Shown here: one piece after another, positions 59,465-64,000 of the stretch
Layout of the letters: each line of letters starts with the position of its first letter
How positions within the stretch are numbered: position 1 is the first letter of the stretch
NCBI GenBank assembly: GCA_040768745.1
Contig: JAXGMI010000002.1
Span: forward strand, 800,001 to 864,000
Reading direction: 5' to 3'
DNA length: 64,000 bases
Source: Desulfomicrobium sp.
GTDB lineage: Bacteria; Desulfobacterota; Desulfovibrionia; Desulfovibrionales; Desulfomicrobiaceae
The notes under the pieces: generated by a model
Databases searched by the model: none
What the model was told of the DNA's origin: nothing
Seen by the model: the letters and a program-made list of their open reading frames with translations, nothing else
Program-made: the position numbers and the translations under genes

Positions 59465-59526
59465 CGGGATGGGTCCCGAGCAGAGCCTAAACAGGAACAA
59501 CGACATCCGCGGAGTCCCGCGAGAAG

Positions 59527-59910
59527 TCACCGGTTGCCCACCAGCCCCTGGATATGTGGGCCCAGCACCAACGCACCGATCAACACGGCAGACATGGCCG
59601 CGATGAGGACCCCACCGGCGGCCACGTCCTTGGCCTTGCCTACCAGGGGATGAAATTCAGGAGACGCGGCATCTGCCAGAAACTCCAAGGCCGTGTTCAG
59701 GGCTTCGGCAGTCCACACTGCCCCCATGGCCAGGACAAGCCAGCACCACTCCGGGGCCGACAGTCCAAGGAGGACGCCAATGCCGCAGACTGCCACGGTT
59801 GCGGCGGCATGAATCCAGGCATTCCGCTGGGTCTTCACCATGGTCAGAATGCCGCGGAAAGCGAACCTGAAGCTCGCCAACCGTCCGGAAAGGTTTAAGG
59901 ATTTGTGCAT
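59527..59910 (-). CDS. dgkA: diacylglycerol/undecaprenol kinase
   Basis: SFRFAFRG, EALNTALE, AKDVAAG. Confidence 0.88.
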   Translation of the reverse strand: MHKSLNLSGRLASFRFAFRGILTMVKTQRNAWIHAAATVAVCGIGVLLGLSAPEWCWLVLAMGAVWTAEALNTALEFLADAASPEFHPLVGKAKDVAAGGVLIAAMSAVLIGALVLGPHIQGLVGNR

Positions 59911-60167
59911 GCGTGTCTCCCCGGGCCCTCTGCTCTGCGCCAAACCACCCTGGTGCTGCGGACGGACGGCACCCGCATGGCCTGTCAACGCGGGTGCGCT
60001 GCCAGAGTGCGGGGAAGTAGTGGCTGCCCTGCGCAACCATAGGAGGTTGCACGCCCCACCGGCAACCTGCAAATGCGGACGTTCCTGCCGGTGTAGCCTT
60101 CCCGCAAAGCAGGGCCATTGATTGCTGGTAAAGATTGGCACATAATGGTGAATGAGGGCTAAGCAAG

Positions 60168-60203
60168 AAAAAAGGGACTTCAGCATTCAAACTGAAATCC
60201 CTT
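60168..60203 (-). terminator. terminator after tRNA-Asp
   Basis: agggatttcag-tttgaatg-ctgaagtccct followed by a T tract. Confidence 0.75.
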
Positions 60204-60213
60204 ATTCTTGTAG

Positions 60214-60290
<77 letters not shown>

Positions 60291-60300
60291 GCGTGGTCTT

Positions 60301-60376
60301 TGGTGGGCGGTACAGGGATCGAACCTATGACATTCGGCTTGTAAGGCCGACGCTCTCCCAGCTGAGCTAACCGCCC
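60301..60376 (-). tRNA. tRNA-Val(TAC)
   Basis: gggcggt...accgcccacca, tcggc-cttacaa-gccga anticodon arm. Confidence 0.97.
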
Positions 60377-60523
60377 TGCCCGTCCAACGAGAAACTGTCT
60401 CTATAGATTCGGCACCTGCCTGTCAAAGGGTTTTTTCAAAAACCCTTCTGTAGATTGAAAATGAATAAATTCAGCAGAATAATGAATATACTCTGGATGG
60501 CACATCGTGTTCCGACAAGCCCC

Positions 60524-60949
60524 TCAGGATGAATCCTCCATCTGGTTCACATCCAGGGGCTCCACCTTCCACCGGTGGCGGATCCAGTTGATCCCGCGCA
60601 ACACAGGCCCCCTGGAGACAATGAACCGCTCCAGCCGATATTTCCCGGGAAAATTCATGAGGAGCAGGCCCATGAAAATTGTCAACAGCCCCTGCCCCGG
60701 GAGGACGAGCATGACCACGCCAGCCGCCACGAGCACGAGGCCCAGGAGGTTCTTGGCGGCCATGACCACCAGCCGCAGGGCCGGATGACGCCTGCCCCAG
60801 CGCGTGTCGCCTCGCCGGGAGGCAGAGAAATAATCTGCCGGAATGCGCACGGCCAGGAAAGGGACCACTGCCAGAGAGGCGACGAAGGTCACTGCAGACA
60901 CTGCGGCCAGCCACCACAGACCGTCAACCCAGTTCTCCAGACCGAACAT
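60524..60949 (-). CDS. PGPGW-family membrane protein
   Basis: IPADYF, KNLLG..MLVLPGQGLLTI..FPGK. Confidence 0.8.
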   Translation of the reverse strand: MFGLENWVDGLWWLAAVSAVTFVASLAVVPFLAVRIPADYFSASRRGDTRWGRRHPALRLVVMAAKNLLGLVLVAAGVVMLVLPGQGLLTIFMGLLLMNFPGKYRLERFIVSRGPVLRGINWIRHRWKVEPLDVNQMEDSS

Positions 60950-60957
60950 GCCCGGCC

Positions 60958-61953
60958 CTACATGGCCCTGAATCCTGCCAGAACCTGGGAGTACTGCCCG
61001 GTCTTAAGGCGCGGCCCGAATGTGCCCACGACCTTGGACGCGGCGTAACTGGCAAAATTGCCGGCCTGGACATAGGTCATGCCGTGGGTGATGCCGTGCA
61101 GGAAGGCCCCGGCGAACATATCCCCGGCCCCGTTGGTGTCAATGGGGGTGACGGGATAAGGGTCGATCTCGTGGAATGCGTATCCGTCATAGACCAGGGC
61201 CCCCTCCCCACCCAGGGTAACCACAAAGGCCCCGGCCCTCTGGCGCAGCTGATCCGCGGCCTTGGCCAGGGTTCGGCAATCGCCCCAGAGCAGGGCCTCC
61301 TCACGGTTGCAGAAGAGCAGGTCCACGCCGTCCCCGACGATCTCTTCCAGGCCCAGGCGGAAATACTTGACCATGGACGGGTCCGAAAAGCTGAAGGCCG
61401 TTTTCACACCGGCCCCGCGGGCCAGACTCATGGCCCGGACCACGGCCGGTCTGGCCGTGGGCGAGGTGACCAGGTACCCTTCGGCATAGAGGAACTCAGA
61501 GTCCCGCAACGCGTCCTCGCACAACTGAGCCTCGGACAGGGATTCGGAGATGCCCAGGTAGGTGTTCATGGTCCGCTCCGCATCGGGGGTGATCATGACC
61601 AGGCACTTGCCCGTCACGCCATCAGGGCGTCTGTCCGACAGATTGGTGTCCACTCCGGCACGGGCCAGTTCGGAGACATAGAAGTCGCCCATCTCGTCGT
61701 TGCTGACCAGACAGGTATAGAAGGACGTGCCGCCGAACAGGGCGTTGGCCACCACGCTGTTTGCTGCCGAGCCACCACCCGAGCGCACCCCTCGTTCCAC
61801 ACGCAAGAACTCCAGGAGTTCAAACTGCCGTCCCTCATCGACCAGGGTCATGAACCCTTTTTCTACACCCATGGTCTCCAGAAACGCGTCGGGCACTTCG
61901 AATTCCATGTCCACCAGAGCATTGCCCATGCCGTACAGATCATATTTCTTCAT
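60958..61953 (-). CDS. PfkB-family (adenosine kinase-like) kinase
   Basis: GNALVD, GGSAAN, ERTMNTYLG, DTNGAGD. Confidence 0.92.
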   Translation of the reverse strand: MKKYDLYGMGNALVDMEFEVPDAFLETMGVEKGFMTLVDEGRQFELLEFLRVERGVRSGGGSAANSVVANALFGGTSFYTCLVSNDEMGDFYVSELARAGVDTNLSDRRPDGVTGKCLVMITPDAERTMNTYLGISESLSEAQLCEDALRDSEFLYAEGYLVTSPTARPAVVRAMSLARGAGVKTAFSFSDPSMVKYFRLGLEEIVGDGVDLLFCNREEALLWGDCRTLAKAADQLRQRAGAFVVTLGGEGALVYDGYAFHEIDPYPVTPIDTNGAGDMFAGAFLHGITHGMTYVQAGNFASYAASKVVGTFGPRLKTGQYSQVLAGFRAM

Positions 61954-61991
61954 TGCGTATCCGTTTGTTGGAAATGACGGGGCAGACAATC

Positions 61992-63077
61992 CTAAACCGT
62001 CCCGGGCTCTGCACCCTGCCCCGCGACGGATGTCAGACGGGAATGCCGCCACGCATTCAGCACTGCTTGGGCCAGGGATGCCAGGGGGATGGCGAAGAAG
62101 ACGCCCCAGAAGCCCCATACCCCTCCAAACAAAAGAATGGCCATGATGGAGGCGATGGGGTGCAGGTTGACGGCTCCGGACAGGAGCAGGGGCACGAGCA
62201 CATTGGCATCCAGGAGCTGGACCACGAAATAGGCGAACATGGCCCAGGTGAAATGCGAGTCCATGCCCCACTGGATGTAGGCGATGATGAGCACGGGCAC
62301 GGTCACGACCACGGCCCCGATGTAGGGGATGATGACGGACAGGCCCACCAGCAGACTCAGAAGCATGGCGTAATCCAGCCCGAAGAACAGAAAGCATCCG
62401 TAGGTCGCGCCCCAGACAATGAGCACTTCCCAGATCCGGCCCCGCACGTAGTTGCCGGCCTGGATCTTGACGTCGGTCCAGACCCGGCTGGCCAGGTTGT
62501 GGTCCGAGGGCAGGAAGGCACCCAGCCAGGTCAGGATGACTTTTTTGTCCTTCAGAAAGAAGAAGACCATGATGGGCATGAGCACCAGGTAGACCACGAA
62601 GGAAAAAACCGAGCGGACCGAGGACAGGGAAAAGGCCAGAATTTGCTGCCCATACTGGGAGAACTGCAGGGTCAGGGAGTCGACGATGGCCTGCATCTGG
62701 GCTTCGGTCAAAATCGGATATTGCTGGGGCAGATGCAGCATGGCGTTCTGGGCCTTGGAGATGATCCAGGGGATGTTGTCGATCAGATCCGTGATCTGGG
62801 AGGCCAGCAGCGGGATGAGGGCGAACAGGAGCACTGCCAGGAAAAGCATGAACATCCCGAAAACGAGGCAAACCGCCAGCATGCGCGGCCAGCGGAAGCC
62901 CTCCAGGACCCGTACCAGCCCCTCCAGCAGGAAGGCGATGATCACGCTGGCGATGACCGGGGCCAGGAGATCCCCCACAGACAGGATGATGGCGGCGCAG
63001 ACGACCAGCACCAGGAAGAGGATGACCAGCTGCGTGTCCGAAAAGACGGTGTGCAGCCATTGACGGACGATGTGCAT
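61992..63077 (-). CDS. AI-2E family transporter (PerM-like)
   Basis: FFFLKD, IPYIG, NLHP, FFAIPLA. Confidence 0.9.
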   Translation of the reverse strand: MHIVRQWLHTVFSDTQLVILFLVLVVCAAIILSVGDLLAPVIASVIIAFLLEGLVRVLEGFRWPRMLAVCLVFGMFMLFLAVLLFALIPLLASQITDLIDNIPWIISKAQNAMLHLPQQYPILTEAQMQAIVDSLTLQFSQYGQQILAFSLSSVRSVFSFVVYLVLMPIMVFFFLKDKKVILTWLGAFLPSDHNLASRVWTDVKIQAGNYVRGRIWEVLIVWGATYGCFLFFGLDYAMLLSLLVGLSVIIPYIGAVVVTVPVLIIAYIQWGMDSHFTWAMFAYFVVQLLDANVLVPLLLSGAVNLHPIASIMAILLFGGVWGFWGVFFAIPLASLAQAVLNAWRHSRLTSVAGQGAEPGTV

Positions 63078-63305
63078 GCGATGCTCTTGTGGATGGGAGG
63101 GGACAGGATGCTTTGGCTGTTCCTAGTCAACGGGTTTTGCCGCGTCAATGTGCGCGAAAGAAAGGCCGCCCAACCGGGCGGCCTGAGGATTCTGAATCAG
63201 ACAGGGTCCGGACCTGGCGAGGGAGCATGTCCCTGCACGGAACAGTCCGGCTGCAACGGGCAGGAGTCTGAGCGTCTCCGGCCTCCGTTTGGGTGTGGAT
63301 AGCCT

Positions 63306-64000
63306 TCAGCGGATGAAGAGCATCTCCATGTAGCTGGGCAGCACCCACAGGTCGTCGGCAATGATTGTTTCCAGCAGATCCGCGTGCTTGCGCACCTCCC
63401 GCATGGCCGGCAGGATGGTGTTGCAATAGAATGTGGCCTGGGTATGGGCAGAATCCCCCTTGCCTCCCTCCACCAGGGTCTGCAGCTCGTAGGTCACCTT
63501 CTGCATGGCGCGCAGGTTGGTGGTCAGCTGGTCCAAGGTCGTGGTCCCGTACTCCTTGCCAATGGCCTTCAAATTCGCACACGCCTGGGCCAGTTCGTTC
63601 TGGTACCGGAAGGCCGCCGGGAAAATGATGGTCGTGGCAATGCGCACCATCAGGTTCGCTTCGGTCTCGATGCTCTTGCAGTACTGCTCCAGATAGATTT
63701 CTTCACGGGACCGCAGTTCCGCCTCGGTCAGGACGCCGTACTTGGTGAAGAGATCGATGGTCGAAGGAGCGGACAGCTGGCTCAGGGCCTCGGGCGTTGT
63801 CTTCAGGTTGGCCAGGCCGCGCCGCGCCGCCTCCTTGTGCCATTCCTCGGAATACCCGTCGCCATTGAAGACGACCGCGTCATGTTCGAGCATGATCTTC
63901 TGCAGCAGGCCCTGCACTGCCGCATTGAGCTTGTCGGGCTTGCCGGCGGTGGCCTTTTCCAGTTCCGTGGCGACGTAATCGAGGGATTCGGCCATCATGG
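63306..64000 (-). CDS. glnN: glutamine synthetase type III, C-terminal part (5' end off the window)
   Basis: FNGDGYSEEW..EAARRGL, C-terminal WVLPSYMEMLFIR. Confidence 0.9.
   Translation of the reverse strand, partial: MMAESLDYVATELEKATAGKPDKLNAAVQGLLQKIMLEHDAVVFNGDGYSEEWHKEAARRGLANLKTTPEALSQLSAPSTIDLFTKYGVLTEAELRSREEIYLEQYCKSIETEANLMVRIATTIIFPAAFRYQNELAQACANLKAIGKEYGTTTLDQLTTNLRAMQKVTYELQTLVEGGKGDSAHTQATFYCNTILPAMREVRKHADLLETIIADDLWVLPSYMEMLFIR

Overview
GC-rich bacterial chromosome segment. Gene content (TunR-type regulator, Orp-like module, GSIII, DUF362, RRM protein) suggests a sulfate-reducing Desulfovibrionales-like organism; this taxon call is inference. Positions 1-14.4 kb are housekeeping (tatA, miaA, coaD, rsmD, beta-CASP nuclease, Smr, ftsY, RluA, HD-GYP regulator, tRNA-Pro). 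About 45.8 kb of accessory-looking DNA (14405-60213) lies between the convergent 3' ends of tRNA-Pro(CGG) and tRNA-Asp(GTC), with no integrase in it. This region holds arm-site-like repeats, an inverted pair of IS1634-family copies, a proC pseudogene, yhdT-panF, a guanidine-II riboswitch with gdx, a GNAT-deacetylase fusion, a candidate UGA/SECIS selenoprotein, a yybP-ykoY riboswitch over Tim44-domain and CaCA genes, an IS1182 element with a 23-bp palindromic target duplication, an orphan E1 alpha/beta pair, modABC with TunR and two operators, an Orp-like sigma54 module, wtpABC, and a persulfide dioxygenase-like/peroxiredoxin pair. The best candidate for an undescribed system is an ECF sigma factor fused to an NrtA/NasS-like anion-binding domain, directly upstream of an HPP transporter and a cytoplasmic molybdopterin oxidoreductase with its Fe-S subunit. 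The right end is housekeeping again (tRNA-Asp, tRNA-Val, PfkB kinase, AI-2E transporter, GSIII). All product calls come from motif recognition by eye; no searches were run.
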